DNA of 64,000 nt from an uncultured Gammaproteobacteria bacterium (GTDB taxonomy: Bacteria > Patescibacteriota > Microgenomatia > Levybacterales > UBA12049). The position numbers and the translations under genes are program-made. The notes beneath the pieces were generated by a model that searched no databases, had not been told where the DNA came from, and saw only the letters and a list, made by a program, of their open reading frames with translations. Positions 1-9,115 of this stretch are shown here, one piece after another; positions within the stretch are counted from its first letter, which is position 1, and each line of letters begins with the position of its first letter. The stretch spans positions 7,782 to 71,781 of the forward strand of contig CAZWXQ010000002.1 in assembly GCA_964637955.1 (NCBI GenBank), written 5' to 3'.

Positions 1-44
1 GGAATAAAATAGGCAGGGAAGCCTATTTAGCAGAAAAAGGAATT

Positions 45-278
45 ATGGAGGATAAAAAAGCTGGTACTGCGCAGCTTACTTTATCTGATTGGCGTGTTGA
101 AGCTCAGTGGAGAGTTAGAACAGAAGAAGTTTTACAAGCTTTGTTTCCAGAGCAGTTAAGAGCAGATCATTTTGGAACACCTTCCGCTATGGATGGGTGG
201 AGCCAGCAGGGTCTATTTGAAGCTTTTGGAGTTATTATTACACCACCGGGAGTAGAACGTGATATTTTTGCAAAATAG
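45..278 (+). CDS. hypothetical protein (frame stays open to window start; may be 5'-truncated)
   Basis: ORF track; no in-frame stop between window start and ATG at 45; no recognisable motif. Confidence 0.3.
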   Translation: MEDKKAGTAQLTLSDWRVEAQWRVRTEEVLQALFPEQLRADHFGTPSAMDGWSQQGLFEAFGVIITPPGVERDIFAK

Positions 279-334
279 TAAGAGTATAAATTATTGCTTC
301 AAGAGCCTCAAATACGATATAATTACGCTTACAA

Positions 335-406
335 GGATCGGTAGTTCACTGGTAGAACGCTTCACTGATAATGAAGAAGTAGATGGTCCGATTCCATCCC
401 GATCCA
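335..406 (+). tRNA. tRNA-Ile (anticodon GAT)
   Basis: Hand-folded cloverleaf: acceptor GGATCGG/CCGATCC, D-stem GTTC/GAAC, anticodon stem CTTCA/TGAAG with loop CTGATAA (GAT at 367-369), T-arm GATGG-TCCGATT-CCATC, discriminator A; no encoded CCA. Confidence 0.8.
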
Positions 407-430
407 CATTTTTAAATCTGCTCCAGATTT

Positions 431-1030
431 ATGCCAAGAAATCCAGAACAACTTCTGCCAGGCATTCCATTATTGGAGCGTGCTGATCTGTTAAAGAAAG
501 TACCATCTCCTTTCAGCCCACCTTGGCTTGAACCGACAGAAATTCCTATCCATCCTGCAGTTATGGATTCTGATTTTTTATTTACTCCTGAATTTGCAAA
601 GACGGTAATGGAGTCTTTGCCGGAAGCGATATTGGAAGATGAAAGAGTTATGGGAGAAGTGTTTGGAAAAGGACCTTTTGCAGCTTTATACAGAGATGAA
701 TCTTATAGAGAAAATATTGCAAATGTTGCAAATAAAATAAGGATTTCCGTTGAATCAAATCTTTTTTGGGTAGATGTTATTAATCATCCTAATGCAGCAA
801 ATATAAGAATAGATGCAAGAAATGGTAAGCAAGCCAGTTTATTTTCAAATCCAAATCATCCGATGCCTATGGTGAAGCAGTTGGCTTACAGAAAAAATGT
901 TGAAGAGCCATATATGTATACTTGGTTAAGAAATAATACTGCAAATGTTAGTTTGGTAGAAGCATTGGGGCTTAGAAATGTTGCAATTCAAGTAAATAAT
1001 TTGGGTCTTCAAAGAGTGGGTCAAGTTTAA
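431..1030 (+). CDS. hypothetical protein
   Basis: ORF track; no recognisable family motif; true start may be an internal Met. Confidence 0.35.
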   Translation: MPRNPEQLLPGIPLLERADLLKKVPSPFSPPWLEPTEIPIHPAVMDSDFLFTPEFAKTVMESLPEAILEDERVMGEVFGKGPFAALYRDESYRENIANVANKIRISVESNLFWVDVINHPNAANIRIDARNGKQASLFSNPNHPMPMVKQLAYRKNVEEPYMYTWLRNNTANVSLVEALGLRNVAIQVNNLGLQRVGQV

Positions 1031-1587
1031 TTTTTTTCTATTGCAAATAGAATAAAATAATTATAGTTACATAAGGTTTTGGACGTTACGTTTTCAAATT
1101 TAAAGCTTGATAGCCCCTGATCAGCTCTTTTGTATCCTATTCCTACATTTCGGTATCCTGAAGGAGCTATTAATGAAAAAGTATTGCAATTTGCTGAAGA
1201 GGAAATAGAGTCAAACATCTTCGAACAAAAATTATGTGTTGGGGCTTTTCCTGTTCGATTAAATTTCAATCCATTTACTTTATATTGATAATCAGATTGA
1301 AAGCAGTTATTTCCATTTCCGTAGGTAACATTTATCCCGTATTTTCTATCATTATTTGCACTTGAGACAGCTTGTATATCAGTGTTTAAATTAACTGTAA
1401 CTCGACCTTGAGAATTGCTTTGAGTTTGTGCTGCGAGAACAGATTCCGTATTCCCACTTTTGACATTTTTTTGATGATAGGGGGAGTGTAATGCTAGAGG
1501 TACTGCAACCATAATCGCAATTGCAGAAAAAACAACAAATAATTTTTTATTGCTGGTTGTTTTACTGTTAGCTTTCTTATTGCTCAC
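1027..1587 (-). CDS. hypothetical secreted/membrane-anchored protein
   Basis: N-terminal Lys-rich segment followed by hydrophobic helix (LFVVFSAIAIMVAVPLAL); Asn/Ser-rich mature part. Confidence 0.4.
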   Translation of the reverse strand: MSNKKANSKTTSNKKLFVVFSAIAIMVAVPLALHSPYHQKNVKSGNTESVLAAQTQSNSQGRVTVNLNTDIQAVSSANNDRKYGINVTYGNGNNCFQSDYQYKVNGLKFNRTGKAPTHNFCSKMFDSISSSANCNTFSLIAPSGYRNVGIGYKRADQGLSSFKFENVTSKTLCNYNYFILFAIEKN

Positions 1588-1640
1588 TATAAATAATTTA
1601 ATGCTAAATTTTTTAATATGTCAAGTTTGATTTTGATCTA

Positions 1641-1668
1641 TTGTAAATAAAATCTTCTTTTGTATAAT
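1641..1668 (+). promoter_or_regulatory. sigma70-like promoter TTGTAA-N16-TATAAT, 6 nt before purC ATG (leaderless)
   Basis: TTGTAA 1641-1646, TATAAT 1663-1668, ATG 1675. Confidence 0.5.
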
Positions 1669-1674
1669 TTTTCC

Positions 1675-2673
1675 ATGGCAGGCAAAGCGCCAAAAAATAA
1701 TTCAAAAGATGCTCCCTCAGAAAACTACGCAAGAGGTTTAAAAAGTATTGAAATTCCACAGCTCGGAGAAGCAAAAAGGGGAAAAGTCAGAGACAGTTGG
1801 ATAATTGGCGATAAGCGAGTAATGGTTACCACTGATAGAACTTCTGCATACGATCGGGCTATTTGCACTGTGCCGGGAAAAGGAGCTGTTCTAAATAAGC
1901 TTTCTGAATTTTGGTTTCAAGAAACAGCGGATATTATTCCAAATCATGTGATCAGTGTTCCTCATCCAAATGTTTTAGTTGCAAGGCAAGCAAAAAGAAC
2001 CTTGCCAGTTGAGTTAGTTCTGCGAAGATATATGGCAAAAAGTTCCTCTCCTACTTCTGTGTTTAGCCAATATAAAGAAGGAAAAAGAATTATTTATGGA
2101 ATTAAATTCCCAGATGAACTCGTCCCAAACCAAGAATTTCCTATGGGAACTATAGTTACTCCTACCACGAAAGCTGAATATGGAAAGCGTGATTTGCCTT
2201 TGACAGATGCAGAGGCTAAGAAAATTGTCGACAGCGAGAATGGAAAAGGAACATGGAAAAAAGTAGTTAAAGCAGCGCTCCAGATATTTGAAAGAGGACG
2301 CGAAAGAGCAGCGAAGGCGGGTTTGATTCTCGTAGATACTAAGTATGAATTTGGAATAGATCTAGATGATAAGCTTATGTTAATCGACGAGGTGCATACA
2401 CCTGATTCTTCCAGATATTGGCTTTCAGATACTTATCAAAAACGGTTTAAGTCTGGGGAAACGCCAGATACATTTGATAAAGAAATTCTAAGAAGATGGC
2501 TTTCTGAAAATGGATTTGAAGGAAATGGAGATGTTCCTAAAGTAGATCCAAAAGTAATTGATCAAATGTCAGAAGCTTATAAGGTGCCATATAAAAAATT
2601 AGCAGGCAAAAAACTTAAGGAATCTCCGGTTGATTCAAAAACCATAATAGATTCGATCGCGAACTATATATAG
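1675..2673 (+). CDS. purC: phosphoribosylaminoimidazole-succinocarboxamide (SAICAR) synthase, long form
   Basis: LILVDTKYEFG signature and overall PurC similarity; ORF-track start 1660 lies inside the promoter, ATG 1675 (MAGKAPK) preferred. Confidence 0.85.
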   Translation: MAGKAPKNNSKDAPSENYARGLKSIEIPQLGEAKRGKVRDSWIIGDKRVMVTTDRTSAYDRAICTVPGKGAVLNKLSEFWFQETADIIPNHVISVPHPNVLVARQAKRTLPVELVLRRYMAKSSSPTSVFSQYKEGKRIIYGIKFPDELVPNQEFPMGTIVTPTTKAEYGKRDLPLTDAEAKKIVDSENGKGTWKKVVKAALQIFERGRERAAKAGLILVDTKYEFGIDLDDKLMLIDEVHTPDSSRYWLSDTYQKRFKSGETPDTFDKEILRRWLSENGFEGNGDVPKVDPKVIDQMSEAYKVPYKKLAGKKLKESPVDSKTIIDSIANYI

Positions 2674-3807
2674 ATGAGTGCTAAAAATAGAATTGGAATT
2701 ATAGGAGGCGGACAGTTGGGAAGAATGATGACAGTTGAAGCGCTCCGCATGGGTTTTACGGTGACTGTAGTTGATCCCACTCCAAATTGTCCGGCAGCGC
2801 AAGTTGGTGCTAAGCAAATCCTTGCTGCGCTAACCGATGAAGAAGCTGCAAAGCGCCTTGCGAAAGAATCTGATTTCCTCACTTTTGAAATTGAGCACAT
2901 AAATACCCAAGTTTTAATAGATCTTAGAAAAAAAGGAGTTAAAATAAATCCTTCACCTGAAACTCTGGAAACCATAAAAGATAAATTAAAACAAAAAATA
3001 TTTCTTAAAGATGCTGGAATTCCCGTGGCGCCTTTTATGGAAATTAAGGATGAAGAAAGTATTCTTAAAGCTGCAAAAGAATTTGGGTATCCGATGATTT
3101 TGAAAACTAGATTTGGAGGATATGATGGAAGAGGAAATGCTGTAGTTAAAAATGCTAAGTCTATTCAGCCAGCGCTTGAATTGTTTGGAGATAAGCCAGT
3201 TTATGTTGAAAAAAATGTAGACTTTATAAAAGAGCTGGCTGTCATGGTGGCAAGAAGTCTTTCGGGGGAAATAGTGCTTTATCCAGTGGTAGAGACAATT
3301 CATAAAAATAATATTTGCCACACAGTTTTAGCTCCAGCTCCTATCAATCCAAAAAGCCGAAAACAGGCAGAAAAATTGGCAATCAAGACTATGGAAAAAC
3401 TTGGTGGCGGCGGAGTTTTTGGGGTAGAAATGTTTTTAACAAGCGCTGGAAAAGTAGTCGTAAATGAAATAGCTCCAAGAGTCCATAATTCTGGGCACTA
3501 TACCACAGAGGCGTGTATAACTTCTCAATTTGAGCAACATATACGGGCAATTGTAGGCCTTCCATTAGGAGAAGCTGAAATGGTGGTTCCTGCTTCTGTT
3601 ATGGTAAATATTTTGGGAGACAGAAAAGGAAATGCAGAAGTTACAGGTCTGGATAAATCTCTTAAAGTTCCTAGAGCATCAATTCATATATATGGAAAAG
3701 CAGAAACCAAACCTGAGCGAAAAATGGGACATGTCACAGTTACCGCAAAAAGTCTTACCACAGCAAGAAAAAATGCAAAACTAGCGAGAGAAAGGATTTC
3801 GATTTAA
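2674..3807 (+). CDS. purK: N5-carboxyaminoimidazole ribonucleotide synthase (ATP-grasp)
   Basis: N-terminal [13 protein letters not shown] Rossmann/ATP-grasp motif, PurK-like length and order purC-purK-purE. Confidence 0.85.
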   Translation: MSAKNRIGIIGGGQLGRMMTVEALRMGFTVTVVDPTPNCPAAQVGAKQILAALTDEEAAKRLAKESDFLTFEIEHINTQVLIDLRKKGVKINPSPETLETIKDKLKQKIFLKDAGIPVAPFMEIKDEESILKAAKEFGYPMILKTRFGGYDGRGNAVVKNAKSIQPALELFGDKPVYVEKNVDFIKELAVMVARSLSGEIVLYPVVETIHKNNICHTVLAPAPINPKSRKQAEKLAIKTMEKLGGGGVFGVEMFLTSAGKVVVNEIAPRVHNSGHYTTEACITSQFEQHIRAIVGLPLGEAEMVVPASVMVNILGDRKGNAEVTGLDKSLKVPRASIHIYGKAETKPERKMGHVTVTAKSLTTARKNAKLARERISI

Positions 3808-3808
3808 G

Positions 3809-4357
3809 ATGGCAAAGAAAACATTGAAATTAAAGAATCCTGTCGTAGGAGTAATTATGGGATCGGATTCAGATTTAGAAGCGATGATGGGTGCGGTTAA
3901 TATGTTAAATCAAGTAGAAATTCCGCATGAAGTTAGGATAATTTCTGCACATAGAACTCCTGACGCTATGACAAATTATGCTAAATCAGCGCGCGGTAGA
4001 GGACTTAAGGTAATTATCGCAGCAGCTGGTGGATCAGCCCATCTTCAAGGGATGACTGCTGCCAATACAATTTTGCCTGTAGTTGGAGTCCCGATATCAA
4101 GCAGGCATTGGAGTGGGCAAGATTCGCTATTATCGGTTGTGGAAATGCCAAATGGTGTTCCAGTGGCTACTGTTGGAATTAACAAATCGGAAAATGCTGC
4201 ACTTTTAGCAGCTCAAATTTTGGCAACTTCAAATGAAGAAATTGCTCTAAAGTTAGAAAATTTGAGAGAAAAAAGAGCAAAAAAAGTTAGTATAGCTGAC
4301 AAGCAAATTTCACTCCAAGGAGTACAAGCATATATTGATAAATTGAAAAAAAGTTAG
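3809..4357 (+). CDS. purE: N5-CAIR mutase
   Basis: [10 protein letters not shown]...AHRTPD...AAGGSAHL...PVVGVP classic PurE motifs. Confidence 0.9.
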   Translation: MAKKTLKLKNPVVGVIMGSDSDLEAMMGAVNMLNQVEIPHEVRIISAHRTPDAMTNYAKSARGRGLKVIIAAAGGSAHLQGMTAANTILPVVGVPISSRHWSGQDSLLSVVEMPNGVPVATVGINKSENAALLAAQILATSNEEIALKLENLREKRAKKVSIADKQISLQGVQAYIDKLKKS

Positions 4358-4459
4358 ATTATTCCCAGCCCCTCGTTTTATTGAGCCTCTTCTTTTATAG
4401 GAGTCAATAGCAGTGAAATAGAAGGTTGACATTTGAGGCTAAGTGAGCCACTATAAGTA

Positions 4460-5380
4460 GTGATAGTGGATAGCGAATTTTCACGAAAAAAGCTTCTGGT
4501 TTTTGGAGCACTGCTTCTTGTGGTGTTGGCTATTCCTGTAACTCTCTACACCGCATTAAATCTTAATAATAAAACAGAAACTAGATCTCAAGCTGCAGAA
4601 GTTCTTGAAGACACTGTTATTGTTGCCATAAATGGTGAACAGATTAAAAAATCAGATATCAGAAAAATTGCAGAAGAGCAGAATGACCCTTCGTCAGTTG
4701 ATCAACAAGCTTTAGCTGATGCTTTAGATACTCTCATTGAAAGAAAAATTTTAGATAAAGCTGCAAATGATTTAAACATTACACCAGATCAGGCAAGACT
4801 TGCTAAATTTGAAGATGATGGCCTATCAGAAACAGAAGCAAAGTACGAAGCTTTAAGAGAGCAAGTGATTCTAAATGCTGTTAATTCAATTGAGATAATT
4901 ACAATTGGCTTCTGGAATCCTCCTACTGTGGGTGTTGCTGCTTTAAGCGTTGATGAACAGAATGATGCTGCCACTCAGCTTTCAGCAGGAACGACTGCTC
5001 TTGACGAAATAGAATCAGGATTAAACGCGGGAGATGATCCTTTGGAAATAGCAGATGCTATTAATGCTGATAATCCTGAGCTTAGAGCCGTTCTCGCTGT
5101 TAATGGATATATAGTAGGATCTTTAAATCAGGAAGATAGAGCTTTCGCAAGCCAGCCTATTATTGAGGAGTACGGAGATACAGCATTTGATGCTCAAACG
5201 AGAGATGCCATTTTTAATACTGCAAAAAATTCTATTAAAAAAATCTCAAATACTTCGGAAAATAGAGGAGGCATGGTGGTTAAAGTTGTTGAAAAAGGAG
5301 ATATAAATGGATCAAGCTCTTATGATAGTTGGTTAACTGAGCAAAAAGCCAGCTCAGTCCAACAAGTTAATTCATTATGA
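4460..5380 (+). CDS. membrane-anchored hypothetical protein (possible SurA-N/PrsA-like chaperone-type region)
   Basis: N-terminal TM anchor LLVFGALLLVVLAIPVTLY; AINGEQIKKSDIRK segment weakly resembles SurA_N; first gene of 3-gene + strand surface operon (4-nt overlap with next gene). Confidence 0.35.
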   Translation: MIVDSEFSRKKLLVFGALLLVVLAIPVTLYTALNLNNKTETRSQAAEVLEDTVIVAINGEQIKKSDIRKIAEEQNDPSSVDQQALADALDTLIERKILDKAANDLNITPDQARLAKFEDDGLSETEAKYEALREQVILNAVNSIEIITIGFWNPPTVGVAALSVDEQNDAATQLSAGTTALDEIESGLNAGDDPLEIADAINADNPELRAVLAVNGYIVGSLNQEDRAFASQPIIEEYGDTAFDAQTRDAIFNTAKNSIKKISNTSENRGGMVVKVVEKGDINGSSSYDSWLTEQKASSVQQVNSL

Positions 5381-6132
5381 AATACATGAAAGTTTTAGTA
5401 ATTTTTGCAGCGGTTTTTATAGCAGCATTTTTAGTGGTTCAGAAGAATAAGACTATGGCGGCAGAGCAGTCATTTATCCCAAATTGTTTGGGAATTTCAG
5501 GAAAGTTTTATGCAAATAAAACCTGGAAAGGTGGCTACATTATGGTTGGTTGCGCAGGAGACGATGGTGGAGCAGTAAATCAAAATCCAAACAGATGGTG
5601 TAAGGGTCAAGTTCAAAAAGTGTATCCTGGAAAACCTTTCAGACTCACAAAATGTTCATGTTTTGGTAAAGAAGGATGTCTAAAAATCGGTAAAGAGTTG
5701 TCTTTATCAACCACCCTAAATGCTAACAGGAAATATGCAATTTCAGTTGTTAAAAGAATTGATGAGATGCCTCAATTTAAAAATAATGGTTGCAGAATTA
5801 ATAAGATAGGCCAAATGTGTGGAACAAATACTATGATAATTAAGCCTAGAATTAAGATCACTTGTGATGTGCCTACCGGTACTCCAACCAGAACCAAAAC
5901 TCCTACTCCGACTGGAGGAGTATGTCCAGTTCCAGATAAGGTTCAAAATGTAAAAGTTACATGTCCAAGCTGTTCGACTTCAAGTTCGAATTCGAATTCA
6001 ACTACTACGACAACCACATTAACAACAACAGATAATGTTTCTCCTTCTCCTGAAGTTACTCCAACAATAACTGTAGCGCCAAGTGAGGCATTAACATCGA
6101 CGCCAACGCCAACAGTGGAGCCGACAAACTAA
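5377..6132 (+). CDS. secreted Cys-rich protein with C-terminal Thr/Pro-rich linker
   Basis: Signal peptide MKVLVIFAAVFIAAFLVV; >12 Cys; C-terminal TPTRTKTPTPTGG...TTTTTTLTTT...TPTPTVEPTN low-complexity linker. Confidence 0.4.
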   Translation: MKYMKVLVIFAAVFIAAFLVVQKNKTMAAEQSFIPNCLGISGKFYANKTWKGGYIMVGCAGDDGGAVNQNPNRWCKGQVQKVYPGKPFRLTKCSCFGKEGCLKIGKELSLSTTLNANRKYAISVVKRIDEMPQFKNNGCRINKIGQMCGTNTMIIKPRIKITCDVPTGTPTRTKTPTPTGGVCPVPDKVQNVKVTCPSCSTSSSNSNSTTTTTTLTTTDNVSPSPEVTPTITVAPSEALTSTPTPTVEPTN

Positions 6133-6133
6133 T

Positions 6134-7249
6134 ATGAATATAAATAAATGGTCAACAAATAAAAAGTTATTGGCAATTTTAGGAATAGTACTTATTATTG
6201 GTGGAATTATTACTACTATTCTTATAGTTCAAAAAAGACAGGATGGAAGAGCTAAAGCTGAAAAATCTACTACGCTTTCACTTACGCCAGCAACTCAGTC
6301 AGTCCCAAGCGATGGAAATACGAGTCTTGATATAAATATTGATCCAGGTAAAAACCAGGTTAATTTAGTAAAGATAACTTTGAAATATGATAAAGATAGA
6401 TTTATCGTACTTGCTAATCAATTTACTCTTAATTCTGATTCAGGTATGACCATTCTTAACGGACCTGTTGTGTCTGAAGGAAGCTTTTCAGTTGTATTAG
6501 GAACCGGGAGTGATCCGACAAAAGTTATTCAAAGCGTCCAAAAGCTTGGAAAATTAGATTTGCATGTTAAAGCTACAGCACCGCTTGGATCTTCTGAGGT
6601 TTCCTTTGATTATGCACAGACTGAGGTTCGCTCAATTCAAGCTAATGATGCGTTTAACGAAAATGTATTATCTAGCGCTACACCTGCAACTATAACTATT
6701 GAAGCAGTCTGTCGGCCAAATATCTCTACTTGTTCTTGGGACGAGCTTGAAGGAGCTTCTTCATATCATTATGTAATTACAAATGTTACTGATAAAGTTG
6801 AATTTTCTAAAGGGGACACTACCGAAAATTCTATTGATTTTACTTCCATTCCTGGAAAAAATTATAAATGTGAAGTTACAGCAAAAAATTCTTGTGGTGG
6901 AGTTGGGGAGGCTGGAGTTGCGAATAATACTTGCGCGCTTCCGTCTCAATCGCCTACACCTACCACGCCTGGAAATACATCAACGCCAACTCCAACTCCT
7001 ACGAATGGTCCTTCTAGTACACCTACTCCTACGACACCAGGATCATCTGTAACGCCCACGCCTACAACACCTGGTGTAACCTCAACGCCCACGCCTACAT
7101 CTTCTATTATAAGCTCTCCTACGCCGACCAGTGAGTTTGGGGTTAGTCCTATTCCTTCGCTTCCACCGACTGGAAATCCAGTAGTGCTTGGTGGCGTCGT
7201 AGGGGCATTGTTTATAATTATCGGAGGAATAGCACTTTTACTTCTATAA
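6134..7249 (+). CDS. cell-surface cohesin-like domain protein with FN3-like module, PT-linker and C-terminal LPPTG sortase-type sorting signal
   Basis: N-terminal TM/signal; region VNLVKITLKYDKDRFIVL...GKLDLHVKATAPLGSSEVSFD resembles cohesin beta-sandwich motifs; CSWDELEGASSYHYVITNV FN3-like; PT repeats; ends SLPPTGNPVVLGGVVGALFIIIGGIALLLL. Confidence 0.5.
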   Translation: MNINKWSTNKKLLAILGIVLIIGGIITTILIVQKRQDGRAKAEKSTTLSLTPATQSVPSDGNTSLDINIDPGKNQVNLVKITLKYDKDRFIVLANQFTLNSDSGMTILNGPVVSEGSFSVVLGTGSDPTKVIQSVQKLGKLDLHVKATAPLGSSEVSFDYAQTEVRSIQANDAFNENVLSSATPATITIEAVCRPNISTCSWDELEGASSYHYVITNVTDKVEFSKGDTTENSIDFTSIPGKNYKCEVTAKNSCGGVGEAGVANNTCALPSQSPTPTTPGNTSTPTPTPTNGPSSTPTPTTPGSSVTPTPTTPGVTSTPTPTSSIISSPTPTSEFGVSPIPSLPPTGNPVVLGGVVGALFIIIGGIALLLL

Positions 7250-7301
7250 AATCTGCAATAGCTATTATTCGATTCTTGATTCAGTGAGCATAATTCGGGT
7301 T

Positions 7302-8849
7302 CTAGATTATATTTAGAGGAGGAACTTTTTGGTCGATTCCTAAAAATGTTTCAACGTCTTGTCTAGAAATATTTACAAGTTCTTCTTTTTTCTTATCTTC
7401 TGGACAGAATTGTTTGTAAAGAGTAGGAAGCATGACTGTAATAAAATCGTTTAAAGGAATAGATTTGGTTGCCTCGATAACTTTTTTAATATTTGCTGGA
7501 TCTTGATAAAGATACATATCAAGTGCAGTTGCTGAGACTCTTTCGCCGTTATGTTCAAGAAATGCTAAATGTGGTCTATATAATATGAAGTCATCAGTTA
7601 TGCTCGCATTTGCATCATTTGCTGATTTTTCATCTCCAACTTCCTTCATCATTTCTATGTATTTTTCCTTCATTTCAGTAAGATAAGATGTTTGACTTGG
7701 GCCTCCTCCTAAGATCAGGCCGTAATAAAAGGAAAGTACGGTAAATGTTAGAAGTAGACTTGGAATTATTTCTTTATTTAAAATCGCCTTCTCAATGTCT
7801 TTTGGTGTAAGAGTTAATTCATAATTTTTATTTTTATTAACTAATTTATTTCCTTCACGTTGTAATTGAAATCTCATTCCATCATCCTTTGAGTATCCCC
7901 AGAAAAGAAATGTTCCTGATGCTTTATCAGCACTAATTGAGCCTGTAACTCCGTTAAAATATTTTTCTATTAGATCAAGATAGGATGAATTAAATATGAA
8001 CTTATGTACAGGAGTTTCCTGGTTTAGATGATATCTCAGAAGCAAGTTTAATAGAATTTTTTCTTGAGAAAGCATAATGTAATTAGGAATTTGGCTTTCT
8101 TTGAATGAGGGGAATAGTTTTCTCCAAAGATAATAATTAACTATAGTTAATTGGTCTGAGTAATCAGCTCCAGTCATTGCATGTGGATTGCTAAAGATAG
8201 AAGTGGTTAATTTATCTAAGATTTGTTTATGCTCATCGCTTAAATTAGATTCTCGTCTAACGTTCTCAATTTTACTTCGCATCTCCTTTATTTCGCTTGC
8301 GCTATAAGGTGCGCTATACATAACAGTTTGAGGATCTTTTGATCTGCTGAAGAATGAAATATTGTTGTCAATGATTTGATCATCTTTGAAAGTATGGAAT
8401 TGAAATCCTCTTGAGAAAGATAAAACATTATCATATGAAGCATTTGTGCATGAAAGAATAATTACGTTAAAAAATCTTGGATCAACATTATTAAACATTG
8501 ACAGAGCTTGACTAAGTCCTGCATTTAAAGTTTGTGCAGTTCCGAGCGGGGCAGTGTGTTCAGCTGTAGATAGGCTATCATTTTTCTTTAATTGATTTTT
8601 TACCTCTGAGGCTACAGTGCTACCTAAAAGCCTTGAAGTTTCAGAAGTAACTACATCGATTATTTCATTTTTTCTTTCATTAAAATCTTTATGAAGATTT
8701 ACTCTATTTTTTTTCTTTACATAATCAAAGTAGGAAAGTTGCCCATAAGTTTCTTTAATTTTTTTAATTTGAGGACGGCTTAAGAAAATACTTTTTTCCA
8801 TCTCTTCGAGCCTTAAAGATGTCACTTTATTGTTGTTTGAGTTCTTCAT
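7302..8849 (-). CDS. hypothetical protein (515 aa)
   Basis: ORF track; no recognisable motif. Confidence 0.4.
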   Translation of the reverse strand: MKNSNNNKVTSLRLEEMEKSIFLSRPQIKKIKETYGQLSYFDYVKKKNRVNLHKDFNERKNEIIDVVTSETSRLLGSTVASEVKNQLKKNDSLSTAEHTAPLGTAQTLNAGLSQALSMFNNVDPRFFNVIILSCTNASYDNVLSFSRGFQFHTFKDDQIIDNNISFFSRSKDPQTVMYSAPYSASEIKEMRSKIENVRRESNLSDEHKQILDKLTTSIFSNPHAMTGADYSDQLTIVNYYLWRKLFPSFKESQIPNYIMLSQEKILLNLLLRYHLNQETPVHKFIFNSSYLDLIEKYFNGVTGSISADKASGTFLFWGYSKDDGMRFQLQREGNKLVNKNKNYELTLTPKDIEKAILNKEIIPSLLLTFTVLSFYYGLILGGGPSQTSYLTEMKEKYIEMMKEVGDEKSANDANASITDDFILYRPHLAFLEHNGERVSATALDMYLYQDPANIKKVIEATKSIPLNDFITVMLPTLYKQFCPEDKKKEELVNISRQDVETFLGIDQKVPPLNII

Positions 8850-8983
8850 AATTTAGGGGTAAATTAATTATATTTTTTTGCGGAATTTGCTAGTTTATTT
8901 ATTCTTATAAATCTTGGCATAATTTAAAAAAACCTCGTATATTATAGTATTTTTTGGCCTAAAAGTATATATACGACATATGC

Positions 8984-9011
8984 TTGACAAATGCGTAAAA
9001 TACGCTATAAT
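8984..9011 (+). promoter_or_regulatory. sigma70-like promoter TTGACA-N16-TATAAT driving the tRNA-like gene
   Basis: TTGACA 8984-8989, TATAAT 9006-9011, tRNA-like 5' end at 9025. Confidence 0.55.
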
Positions 9012-9024
9012 TCACTCAATATTT

Positions 9025-9115
9025 GGAGGGGTCGCATAGCTGGCCTATTGCACCCAACCGTTTACGGGAAAGTTTCTGCTTCGCAGAAGCGTACGTTCGA
9101 ATCGTACCCCCTCCG
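9025..9115 (+). tRNA. class-II (long variable arm) tRNA-like gene; anticodon arm non-canonical, identity unresolved
   Basis: Acceptor GGAGGGG/CCCCTCC, T-arm GTACG-TTCGAAT-CGTAC, variable-arm hairpin TTTCTGC-TTCG-GCAGAAG, 3-bp D-stem GCA/TGC; but anticodon region CCC-AACCGTTTAC-GGG gives only 3-bp stem/10-nt loop by eye. Confidence 0.45.

Noticed and set aside
259-486. 75-aa ORF in the ORF track
   Set aside because: It entirely overlaps the tRNA-Ile(GAT) gene (335-406) and has no coding signal. It is a spurious ORF across an RNA gene.
9025-9115. Possibility that the tRNA-like gene is tRNA-Sec or tmRNA
   Set aside because: The acceptor stem is 7 bp, not 8-9 bp. The D-stem is not the 6-bp Sec type. 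No UCA anticodon is present. The RNA is far too short, with no tag ORF, for tmRNA.
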